From: Acaryochloridaceae cyanobacterium VAR_48_metabat_390
GTDB taxonomy: Bacteria; Cyanobacteriota; Cyanobacteriia; Thermosynechococcales; Thermosynechococcaceae
Direction: 5' to 3'
DNA: 64,000 bases
Assembly: GCA_031422435.1 (NCBI GenBank)
Contig: JANPLU010000123.1
Coordinates: forward strand, 37,671 to 101,670
Part shown: piece by piece, positions 31,533 through 39,895 of the stretch
Numbering within the stretch: the stretch's first letter is position 1
How the letters are laid out: every line of letters begins with the position of its first letter
Notes under the pieces: generated by a model
Seen by the model: the letters and a program-made list of their open reading frames with translations, nothing else
Database searches by the model: none
What the model was told of the DNA's origin: nothing
Translations under genes and position numbers: made by a program

Positions 31533-33172
31533 ACATACGCCTCAATTGCCTGTCGTTCAATTGCTTTTTGGGTGGCTTGATATAGATTTTCCACCTCAGC
31601 CGCTTTGTTAGGCTGGTTCAATTGATGATAATGCTCTCGTGCTTTAGTCAATTCAGCAAGACCCTTTTCTAGATGCCCCTGAGATACAAGTACGCCACCT
31701 AAGCCAGCCCTGCTTTGGGCGATACCAGTCTGATCTTGAAGGTGTTCGTAGAGGCGGAGGGCATCTCGATAGTAAAGACGGGCGTTGTCCCAATCGGAAA
31801 GGGTTTCGTGAGCGCGTCCCGTTTGGAAAAGAGCACTCGCATGGGCGAGGGGATTATCACTTGTGCTGAGTTGATTAACGCTGTTTAGTAAAAGTTGTAA
31901 CCCTTCTTGCCATTGACCATCTCGTACTAGACGACCACCTAAAACAGATTGAGTGATGGGTAAGGCTTGCGAGATTTTTTTTCGGTCGTAGTGTTCCGGG
32001 CTTATGGCATCTAAAGCTGTTTTATAGGCTTGCAAAGACTGCTCTAGGTCGGTGGAATTTTGACTGTGCTCGTAGCGACGAGATAGGGCATTACCTAAGA
32101 AAATCTGAGTCTTAATAAAGGTAGAACTGCCCAAAGCTGAAACTTCCAGAACTGACTCTAGGAGAGTAATCGCAGTATCTAAATCGACAAAATTGTCTGT
32201 CAGTGGGGCGTATTGCACTAATGTCCCTGCCAGGTTTTTTTGCGTCATTGCCCAATCTTGCGGGAACGCCTGACGGGTACAAACCTGTAAAGCCAACTGA
32301 TAGGCAATGATAGCCTTTTCAATGTTCTCAGACCGTTCGCCGCGCAGACGAGCACCATAGGCATGCCCTAGGTTATTTTGTGCCGCAGCCCATTTTTCTG
32401 GGAACGCCTCACGGGTATAGATCTGTAACGCCAACTCATAGGCGGCGATTGCCTTTTCAATGTTCTCAGCCCGTTCACCGCGTAAACGTTCACTATACGC
32501 AGCTCCTAGATTATTTTGCGTTGCAGCCCATTGATCTGGGAACGTCTGACGGGTACGTACCCGTAAAGCCAACTCATAAGCGGTGATAGCTTTTTCAATG
32601 TTCTCAGCCCGTTCACCGCGTAGACGAATACCATAGGCATTACCTAGGTTATTTTGTGTTGCAGCCCATTGCTCTGAGAACGCCTCACGGGTAAAAACCT
32701 GAAAAGCCAGCTCATAGGCGGTGATAGCCTTTTCAAGATTTTCCGCCCGTTCGCCGCGCAGACGAGCACCATAAGCATGCCCTAGGTTGTTTTGTATCAT
32801 TGCCCAATTTTGCGGAAAAGCCTCACGAGTATAGACCTGCAAGGCCAAACTATAGACCGCGATACTTAACTCTAGGTTCAGCCTCCGATCACCTAAAGGA
32901 AATTCCTGAACTAAATTACCAAAAGTTCCAAAAAATGCAGCAATATTGTCACGCTCATTTGGCAAACGATCAACTGTTAAAGCCGTAAATACTGAAGGTA
33001 AGGCGTCTAGCAATTTTTCATCTAACTTTGCCTTGTTAGACTTCAAAAACTGATGGATTTTTGTCTTATTACCCTTTGCCTCAACCACGCACTCCATAAA
33101 CGAACGCATAAAGCCTTTAGCATTTCGTGTTGACGGTATAGACTTCCCAAATCCCTTTTTCGCCATTGCCAT
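31529..33172 (-). CDS. Tetratricopeptide-repeat protein
   Basis: Four 46-aa repeats (AFP..WA..QNNLG.AY..RLRGER.EN.EKAI.AY.LAL...TR.) plus C-terminal TPRs; ATGA overlap with the ATPase gene. Confidence 0.88.
   Translation of the reverse strand: MAMAKKGFGKSIPSTRNAKGFMRSFMECVVEAKGNKTKIHQFLKSNKAKLDEKLLDALPSVFTALTVDRLPNERDNIAAFFGTFGNLVQEFPLGDRRLNLELSIAVYSLALQVYTREAFPQNWAMIQNNLGHAYGARLRGERAENLEKAITAYELAFQVFTREAFSEQWAATQNNLGNAYGIRLRGERAENIEKAITAYELALRVRTRQTFPDQWAATQNNLGAAYSERLRGERAENIEKAIAAYELALQIYTREAFPEKWAAAQNNLGHAYGARLRGERSENIEKAIIAYQLALQVCTRQAFPQDWAMTQKNLAGTLVQYAPLTDNFVDLDTAITLLESVLEVSALGSSTFIKTQIFLGNALSRRYEHSQNSTDLEQSLQAYKTALDAISPEHYDRKKISQALPITQSVLGGRLVRDGQWQEGLQLLLNSVNQLSTSDNPLAHASALFQTGRAHETLSDWDNARLYYRDALRLYEHLQDQTGIAQSRAGLGGVLVSQGHLEKGLAELTKAREHYHQLNQPNKAAEVENLYQATQKAIERQAIEAYV
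32271..32822 (-). repeat. Four tandem 138-bp coding repeats in the TPR gene
   Basis: GGGAACGCC recurs at 32262 and 32400 (138-bp period), matching the 46-aa protein repeat. Confidence 0.85.
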
Positions 33173-33261
33173 TCATCCGCTATCAGATTCTGCATTTGAC
33201 TATTTAGAGAACAGTCCTCATTGACTGCCCACAAAAGAGTAAACCCTATTTAGATCTTAGT

Positions 33262-33303
33262 GTAACCATCACAACTCAGTAGTCATTAAACGTCTGTTAA
33301 ATT
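33262..33303 (+). promoter_or_regulatory. Possible NtcA-activated promoter
   Basis: GTA-N8-AAC-N22-TAAATT versus the consensus GTA-N8-TAC-N22-TAN3T (1 mismatch). Confidence 0.35.
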
Positions 33304-33336
33304 GCGAACAAACCATTCTTGACGTTTCTTTTCAGA

Positions 33337-34026
33337 ATGACAAACCAATCCGAGCCAGAATCTAACGCCAGCATTGTGATTGAGTATGACGAAATTGCGG
33401 ATAACAAAGAAGCGCAGTTTCTGCAATGGCAGTCAGAAATTCGGGCGGGGCTACAGCAGTTTGAAGGCTACCTCAAAACTGACCTGTGCCGCCCAATTCA
33501 GGGGATGCAGGAGAAATGGTACATCGTAGTGCATTTTGACTCCCCCGCCCATCTGGGCGAATGGCTCGATTCTGACCTTCGCCACCGGATTATTGGCAAA
33601 GGTAAAAAAGAATTTGGCCCCTACCGCTACAAAATTCAGACAGGGTTTGAGGGTTGGTTTGGCAAACGCAACGGGGCAGAGGCAAACACCCCTGCCTGGA
33701 AGCAAAATTTTGCGGTGCTGTTTGGGCTATACCCCACCGTCATGCTAGAAACTTTGCTTTTCTCGCGCTTTGGGGTCTTAGATACTTGGTCACTGGCACC
33801 CAAAATGTTTGTGAACAATCTCATTAGCTGCTCTTTACTGACTTGGATTGTAATGCCCCTCACCACAATGCTTCTGAACTTTTGGCTAAAGCCTCAGCAG
33901 GCCGTCACAGAAGACTTGGGACAAGAATCGCCCTCTGCTGCTACCCCAACCAATCTCATCGGCACCCTACTTGTTTTTATCGCCTACGGATTCATGATTG
34001 CAATCTTTCAAGCTATTGCAAAGTAA
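33337..34026 (+). CDS. ABM (antibiotic biosynthesis monooxygenase)-fold membrane protein
   Basis: F.GYL...., W.IVVHFDS..HL..WLDS..R, GFEGWF, P.WKQ...VL.GLYPTVM and TM helices. Confidence 0.75.
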   Translation: MTNQSEPESNASIVIEYDEIADNKEAQFLQWQSEIRAGLQQFEGYLKTDLCRPIQGMQEKWYIVVHFDSPAHLGEWLDSDLRHRIIGKGKKEFGPYRYKIQTGFEGWFGKRNGAEANTPAWKQNFAVLFGLYPTVMLETLLFSRFGVLDTWSLAPKMFVNNLISCSLLTWIVMPLTTMLLNFWLKPQQAVTEDLGQESPSAATPTNLIGTLLVFIAYGFMIAIFQAIAK

Positions 34027-34046
34027 TCAGGCAAAGTATTCAGCGC

Positions 34047-35408
34047 TTATAGGTCTACAAGCTGTTTCGCAAGCTGGTTGTGTTTTGTGACCAGCGCCGT
34101 TAAATCAATGGTAGTGAGCTGTCCCTGATTTACTACCTTTTTGCCGTTAATAAAGCTGTAGTCTACAGAATCAATCAGACAAAAAATGACTGCTGCCACT
34201 AAATCATGGTGCGCCCCAGCAAAAGAGTGGCGATCCGTATTTACAGCAATAAAGTCTGCTGACATGCCAGGGGCGATCGCCCCAATATCGTCCCGCCCCA
34301 ACACCCTTGCGCCGCCGAGGGTCGCCACCTCCAAAATTTCCCGTGCCGTCATCGCTGTTGGGTCACAGTCGCGCACCCGCGCCAGCAAAAAGGCAGTTCT
34401 GGCTTCTTGAAGCATATTGCCGCCGTCATTAGAGGCCGAACCATCTACGCCTAAACCCACAGGTACGCCTTGGTCTAACATTTTGCGAATGGGCGCAATA
34501 CCGCTGGCAAGACGCATATTGCTACAGGGGCAATGCGCCACACCCGTTCCGGTTTTGGCAAACTTTGAAATAGAATCATCGCTCAGCTGCACACAGTGGG
34601 CGTGCCATACGTCTTCCCCAAGCCAGCCCACCGATTCTGCAAAATCTCCTGGGATCAGGCCAAATTTATCGAGGCTATAGGCCACATCCGACTGATTCTC
34701 GGCAAGATGGGTATGCAGACGCACTCCTGGATACGCCCGCGCCATCGCCGCCGACTCCCGCAGCAGATCGGAGGACACGGTAAAGGGAGAACAGGGTGCA
34801 AGGGTCATCCGCAGCATCGCGTGACGATCATTATTGTGGTATTGCTCAATCAGCCGCTGAGAGTCTTTCAAAATGTCAGACTCTTGCTCAACCAAGTGAT
34901 CTGGCGGTAGCCCTCCCTTGCTCACGCCCATGCTCATACTGCCCCGACTTGCATGAAACCGCAGCCCAATCTCGGCGATCGCCGCAATTTCATCATCCAG
35001 GGTGCAGTCATTCGGGAACAGGTATAAGTGATCGCTGGCGGTGGTACAGCCAGAAAGCATTAGCTCTGCCGCCGCCATCTGAGCGCTTACATAAACCCCT
35101 TGCGCCGTAAGCCTTGACCACATGGAATAAAGGGCTTCTAGCCAGTTAAACAGGCTACAGTTTTGCGCCGCTGGAATCACCCTTGTAAGGGTCTGGAAGA
35201 AGTGGTGGTGGGTATTGACAAGACCAGGGAGGACGATGTGGCGATCGCCCAAATCCAGCACCTCATCCGCCGTCTGAGGCAGTTCTGCCGCTATCCCCAC
35301 TTGTTCAATCACCTGATCTCGGACAAAAATTGCGGCATTGTGCAGCTCTCGTCGGGCGCTATCCATCGTGACGAGGGTGTGAATATTTTTAACCAGTAAA
35401 GTCGTCAT
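34047..35408 (-). CDS. 8-oxoguanine deaminase-like amidohydrolase
   Basis: LPGLVNTHHHFFQTLTR, SGCTTASDHLY, APCSPF, HTHLAE and GLGVDGSASND. Confidence 0.88.
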   Translation of the reverse strand: MTTLLVKNIHTLVTMDSARRELHNAAIFVRDQVIEQVGIAAELPQTADEVLDLGDRHIVLPGLVNTHHHFFQTLTRVIPAAQNCSLFNWLEALYSMWSRLTAQGVYVSAQMAAAELMLSGCTTASDHLYLFPNDCTLDDEIAAIAEIGLRFHASRGSMSMGVSKGGLPPDHLVEQESDILKDSQRLIEQYHNNDRHAMLRMTLAPCSPFTVSSDLLRESAAMARAYPGVRLHTHLAENQSDVAYSLDKFGLIPGDFAESVGWLGEDVWHAHCVQLSDDSISKFAKTGTGVAHCPCSNMRLASGIAPIRKMLDQGVPVGLGVDGSASNDGGNMLQEARTAFLLARVRDCDPTAMTAREILEVATLGGARVLGRDDIGAIAPGMSADFIAVNTDRHSFAGAHHDLVAAVIFCLIDSVDYSFINGKKVVNQGQLTTIDLTALVTKHNQLAKQLVDL

Positions 35409-35507
35409 GGGTGCTGAAAAAATAAGGTTTTAGAGATTTTCATAAATTAAAGTAGGCTTCGGAATAAGTCTGAAGCCTGCTCAACACAAGTTAGTGATAT
35501 GTAAAAA

Positions 35508-35781
35508 CTAATCTTCAACCGCAACGGATTTCGTCGATGCCATCTCAGGTTCGTCCTCAACCTTTGGTTGTGACACCACTAGGGTTAAGACCAGCGCACA
35601 AATTGAGCCTGTACCAATGCCGGATTCTAAAACGCTTTTTACTTCCGCAGGAAACTGCTTTTATGCATCTAGCAAAAGTTATGCCCAAGCCAGCAGACAA
35701 AGAAATTGCCAAAATTACAAAGGATTGGTTACCCATTTCAATTTCGCGTAAGATGTTGAACCCAGCCACTACAACGGTTCC
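35508..35781 (-). pseudogene. C-terminal remnant of an NCS2 (xanthine/uracil) permease
   Basis: Manual translation gives GTVVVAGFNILREIEMGNQSFVILAISLSAGLGITFA, a frameshift/stop, then KQFPAEVKSVLESGIGTGSICALVLTLVV...VED*. This resembles the last TM helices of XanP/UraA-type permeases and lies directly upstream of the deaminase. Confidence 0.7.
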
Positions 35782-36131
35782 ATGTCATTCATACCTTAAA
35801 ACTCCGCAGCAAAGATCGGGATTTATTCACGCCAAAGTATACCGTATACTTTAAATCCTAGGCATTTTGTATCGAATAAAGCGGAAATGACTGGCACCTA
35901 CGCTTCAGCTTAGACAACAGGCCGCAGCGTAGGCGCCAATCTATAGGAACAGCTCATTGTTGGCAAAATAGGGTTGAGAGGGACTATTGGCTATGTTCAA
36001 ATGTTTATCGAGACTGAGTACACTGATTCTTTCCGTCTCCTTAACGATGGAATTCTAGGTGCTTAAACATTAATACTTTGAGCTTAAAGTCCCAGCTTTC
36101 TTTGTACCTATCTTTTTTAGTCGAACTCACG

Positions 36132-37394
36132 TTAAAGGGGTGCCCCTAGAGCCGATCCAAATACTTTCTTGGATGCGAGGATTGAAAAAATAATGCTCAT
36201 CGCTGAGTGACAGAATAAAACAGCAAACGCAACCCAGTAGACGCCGTGCTGAACCACTGACAGAATAGCAAGTGCGAATACAGCAGTATAAAAAACATCA
36301 AAGTATAGCGAGACCTCAGGCTTATCATCGGCATTGAGTAAGATTGAGGTAACAAGCTTTAGTGACACAGGAACAACAGAAATACAGATCAAAATTAAAA
36401 CTGGAATAGCAGGAAGCCACTTTATGCCAAAAATAACAGGCACATAAAAATGTGATAAAGAGGACTGAAGCATAACAATCAGAGAAATGGAGACCATGAT
36501 GACCTTAAGATTTTTGAAATACTCAATCTTAAATTTGTGTGGATCAGTTCTAATGCCGCACAAGTGAGGATATAACGCCCAAACAAACATATTTACAATG
36601 TTCATTGTGATTCCAGAGCCAGCGTTAAAGGCAAAATAGTAAAAGCCTAGTTCGTCAACGCTAAGAAACTTGCCAATAATTAAATAATCAAGATTGCTTC
36701 TGAGTCTAGTAAGTAGTTCTACCCCTAAAACATTCTTACTAAAATTTACAATATTTTCCCAGTCTTTCAATATAAAGGCTTGAGGAGTTTTCCATGATGT
36801 ATCTAATAGGTTGACCACTGTCCATAAAAGTGTTGAACAAAACATCGCAAGTGCAATGGACCATATACCAAGGCCCAAAACGACAAAACCAACAACCATT
36901 AGGCTTGATGTAATAGACTGAGCAGCATGAATAAAGGCAAGGGCTTTCATTCTATTGCCGCGCTCAATCAGAGAAGACTTAATTAGAAAAAATGGAAATA
37001 TTAAGTAGGTTAATGCGCAAAAGCAAAGTGGAAGAAACAGATCAATACTTCCATAAAACAGAGAGATGGGATATGCAGCTAAGCACTGAATACAAAAAGC
37101 AATGATACAGGCAATCCAATTAATCCAGTAAGAACTATCGCAGATTGTCTGAAGTGATTCATCATCGGTTTGCACAATCTTTGCGGTAATTCCACTTCTA
37201 ATGAATACAAAGGCAAACTCATAAGATATATATATAATGGCCATTAAGCCATATTCTTTTTGACTAAAATGTCTGGCTAAGGTTACGGTTGTTGCAAGAC
37301 GAAAGACTCGGTTTGCCAGCTCAGCGCTACCCAGCCAACTCATGTTGCGAAAGACTCTTCCGTTAACGATTTCCTTAATTTTCTTGCTGACCAT
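36132..37394 (-). CDS. wzx: Wzx-type polysaccharide flippase
   Basis: Multi-TM PST-family pattern: LAR..S..EYGL.A, NLDYLIIGKFL...LGFYYFAFNAG and IFG.KW.PA. Confidence 0.85.
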   Translation of the reverse strand: MVSKKIKEIVNGRVFRNMSWLGSAELANRVFRLATTVTLARHFSQKEYGLMAIIYISYEFAFVFIRSGITAKIVQTDDESLQTICDSSYWINWIACIIAFCIQCLAAYPISLFYGSIDLFLPLCFCALTYLIFPFFLIKSSLIERGNRMKALAFIHAAQSITSSLMVVGFVVLGLGIWSIALAMFCSTLLWTVVNLLDTSWKTPQAFILKDWENIVNFSKNVLGVELLTRLRSNLDYLIIGKFLSVDELGFYYFAFNAGSGITMNIVNMFVWALYPHLCGIRTDPHKFKIEYFKNLKVIMVSISLIVMLQSSLSHFYVPVIFGIKWLPAIPVLILICISVVPVSLKLVTSILLNADDKPEVSLYFDVFYTAVFALAILSVVQHGVYWVAFAVLFCHSAMSIIFSILASKKVFGSALGAPL

Positions 37395-37579
37395 AAGTTG
37401 TTATATAGACCTTTTGAGTGCATTATTTCAGGTAAATTTCTGAAAAGCACTCCTCGATTTGCTTGAGAACTTTCGTTAAATGAGTCTCACCTTAAGGCAG
37501 AACTGTTTGAGCCGAAAGGATTTAGGCTTCCGACTACCTATAAAATTGATGCTCGGGCCATTTCGGCTGCAATTAGTGT

Positions 37580-38560
37580 TCAAGAGGATCTCACTTTAAG
37601 CTGTATCCCGTTGAAACGTCGGCGCAGTGCATACAGGAGTGCTAAAAAGCGTTTACAGGCATTAGCCCCAAGCCATTGATTCAGAAAAATGAGCGTCGTG
37701 AGTTTCCAGAACTCCCTTGACAGGATAATTGGGGGGTATTGGGCGATCGCCTTCCGCTGCAGTTTGGCTGCAATATCTGGTTGAGGCGTATGCCCCTGTA
37801 ATGGTTTCCAGGCGACATTAAGGGCCATAAATCCGCTGCTTCTGGCTTTTAGATATTTCATCTCTTCTGGTGCAGCGTTAAAGTTCTTCTCAATTACAAT
37901 CCGGTAGCTAGCTGCCATCGCTTCCCAATTTCTAGAGGCGCTGGAGGGCAGTTGGCGGTAGTAAACGAGCGGTTCACTAACGACTTTAAAGTCAAAGTAT
38001 GGAGCCATCCGTAGCCACAGATCCCAGTCTTCCACAAAAGACCTGAGGTTTCGATCAAATAAACCTACCTGTTCAAAGCAATTGCGGCGTATGAGTGGAA
38101 CACTGCCACAGCCCACAACGTTAAGCTCAATAAGTTTTTTCCAGACTTTTCCTTCATCCTTTGCGCCAAAAAAACGTCCCGTGAGCCGACCGCTTTCATC
38201 CATCAGCGCAGTCCAAGTATAAACCAACCCTGCTTCCGGGGATTGGTTCATCAGCGTCACCTGTTTTTCTAGCTTTGTGGGATGCCACAGGTCATCAGCA
38301 TCCAATAGCGCTACATAGTCTCCTTGAGCATTTTTGATGCCCGTGTTTCTAGCACCTGACAACCCCTGATTTTCTTGAGAGATGAGCTTAATCTTAGGGT
38401 GATGGAGTTCCGCAACCCAGTGCGCCACATCATCTGTACTACCATCATTTACAACAATGACTTCATAGTCTTCATAGGTCTGCTGCAAAACGGTTGTCAC
38501 GGTTTCGGGCAGGTATTTCATTGCGTTATAAGCAGGGATAACAATTGAAACTTTAGGCAT
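37580..38560 (-). CDS. Glycosyltransferase family 2
   Basis: VSIVIPAYN, VNDGSTD, GLSGARN, LDADD and EDWDLWLR. Confidence 0.93.
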   Translation of the reverse strand: MPKVSIVIPAYNAMKYLPETVTTVLQQTYEDYEVIVVNDGSTDDVAHWVAELHHPKIKLISQENQGLSGARNTGIKNAQGDYVALLDADDLWHPTKLEKQVTLMNQSPEAGLVYTWTALMDESGRLTGRFFGAKDEGKVWKKLIELNVVGCGSVPLIRRNCFEQVGLFDRNLRSFVEDWDLWLRMAPYFDFKVVSEPLVYYRQLPSSASRNWEAMAASYRIVIEKNFNAAPEEMKYLKARSSGFMALNVAWKPLQGHTPQPDIAAKLQRKAIAQYPPIILSREFWKLTTLIFLNQWLGANACKRFLALLYALRRRFNGIQLKVRSS

Positions 38561-38581
38561 AATATAGATAATTTTATAGAA

Positions 38582-39883
38582 TTAATTAAGCTCATGATTT
38601 TTCAGAAAAATATGATTTTTGATTTGACAAAAATCGGGGTGTTCTTCATTAAATGCAATACCTAAAACAACAAGGCCAGGCCAGTATAAATAGGTCAACG
38701 TATCAATATTATCGACCGTAGAAAATATTAATAGTATACAAAGAATGCAGATCCCCACATTGGCATATTTGTGAGTTCCCACTTTAGTAATGAGATCAAA
38801 GAAACTCCATAGAAACGCAATTGCGAAAGGAATAGCCGCAACAATCCCGTAGGCATACAAAGTTCCATACCAAGTGTGATGAGATCCGATCCCTCGAAAG
38901 CCTACTGAAGCTGGACCGTTTGCCGTCATTGTTCCATGTCCCCAAATGGGAGATTCTCTCCATCCATCTAGCGCCATTTGCTTGAGTAAGTCTCTGGCTT
39001 TATTAGAGCCACCTCGATATTCGTTGACAGCAGTCGCCAAATCCTCTATCCCATTTTGGATTTCAGATAAGAAGATGGTTCCACCTAAGAGAATTCCTGA
39101 AGTCAAGAACATTCCCCAGGAACTCATGAAGCTGCATAAAAGCCAGCTAATAATGAGAATAAGCGGAAGACAGATAATAGCGGCACGAGAAACCGAACTA
39201 ATGACCAAGGCTGCTGCTCCCGCCATGCCTAAGATTTTGAATTTTTTGTCTTTTTCTTGCATACAGAGACAAAAAAAGATATCTCCCACAAGTCCTAGGG
39301 CTGGAGGCCATGGTGCTATCATTTGAAGTCGCTTTTCACTTCCGTCAAATACTGCGCCAAATAATTTGACATCATAGTAGAGTTCTCCTCCTCCAAATTT
39401 TGAAAGTGGCGAAATAAAGGAGTAGCTGGCACTATCAAATAGGTTAGAAAGTATCGTAAAAAGTATAACGAGCACAAGACTCTGAATACAAAATATGCAG
39501 GTTGCGCGATAGATAAGCTGTGGACGTATCTCTAAATGACCAATGAGGGGAAACAGCGCCATTAAGGCGAAGGTTCTAAACCAGCGGTTGACCAATGTAA
39601 AAATAATTTTGGAGGTGGGTAGGTCAGCATTGAGTCCACCTACTACGGCGGCGATCGCCACAACTGCCATACAGCCCAACCAAACCCATGCAGGAATAGA
39701 GAGGTAGACTCTTTCGTGTTCTGGGGTTTCAGGTGTCTGTAGCCACCATTTTTTTAAGAGATAGCCTGTGAGAAATATCGCAAGTAGCGGCGCAAAAACG
39801 GAAAGTCCGCCGATGTAGTAAATGGCATAGGTACCGATGATGTAGTACCAGATTAGCGCTTCAGGCAGGTTACAGGGCTTCAT
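38582..39883 (-). CDS. O-antigen ligase/Wzy-type polymerase
   Basis: Multi-TM protein with SSVSRAA, ESPIWGHG and GSHHTWYG.LY motifs. Confidence 0.8.
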   Translation of the reverse strand: MKPCNLPEALIWYYIIGTYAIYYIGGLSVFAPLLAIFLTGYLLKKWWLQTPETPEHERVYLSIPAWVWLGCMAVVAIAAVVGGLNADLPTSKIIFTLVNRWFRTFALMALFPLIGHLEIRPQLIYRATCIFCIQSLVLVILFTILSNLFDSASYSFISPLSKFGGGELYYDVKLFGAVFDGSEKRLQMIAPWPPALGLVGDIFFCLCMQEKDKKFKILGMAGAAALVISSVSRAAIICLPLILIISWLLCSFMSSWGMFLTSGILLGGTIFLSEIQNGIEDLATAVNEYRGGSNKARDLLKQMALDGWRESPIWGHGTMTANGPASVGFRGIGSHHTWYGTLYAYGIVAAIPFAIAFLWSFFDLITKVGTHKYANVGICILCILLIFSTVDNIDTLTYLYWPGLVVLGIAFNEEHPDFCQIKNHIFLKNHELN

Positions 39884-39895
39884 AGATAAGCTGGA

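Noticed and set aside
35834..35940. Palindrome AAAGTATA-CCG-TATACTTT and hairpin TGGCACCTACGCT...AGCGTAGGCGCCA
   Set aside because: These are real inverted repeats, but I cannot assign them to a known riboswitch or operator. They may be the EPS-operon terminator or a chance feature.
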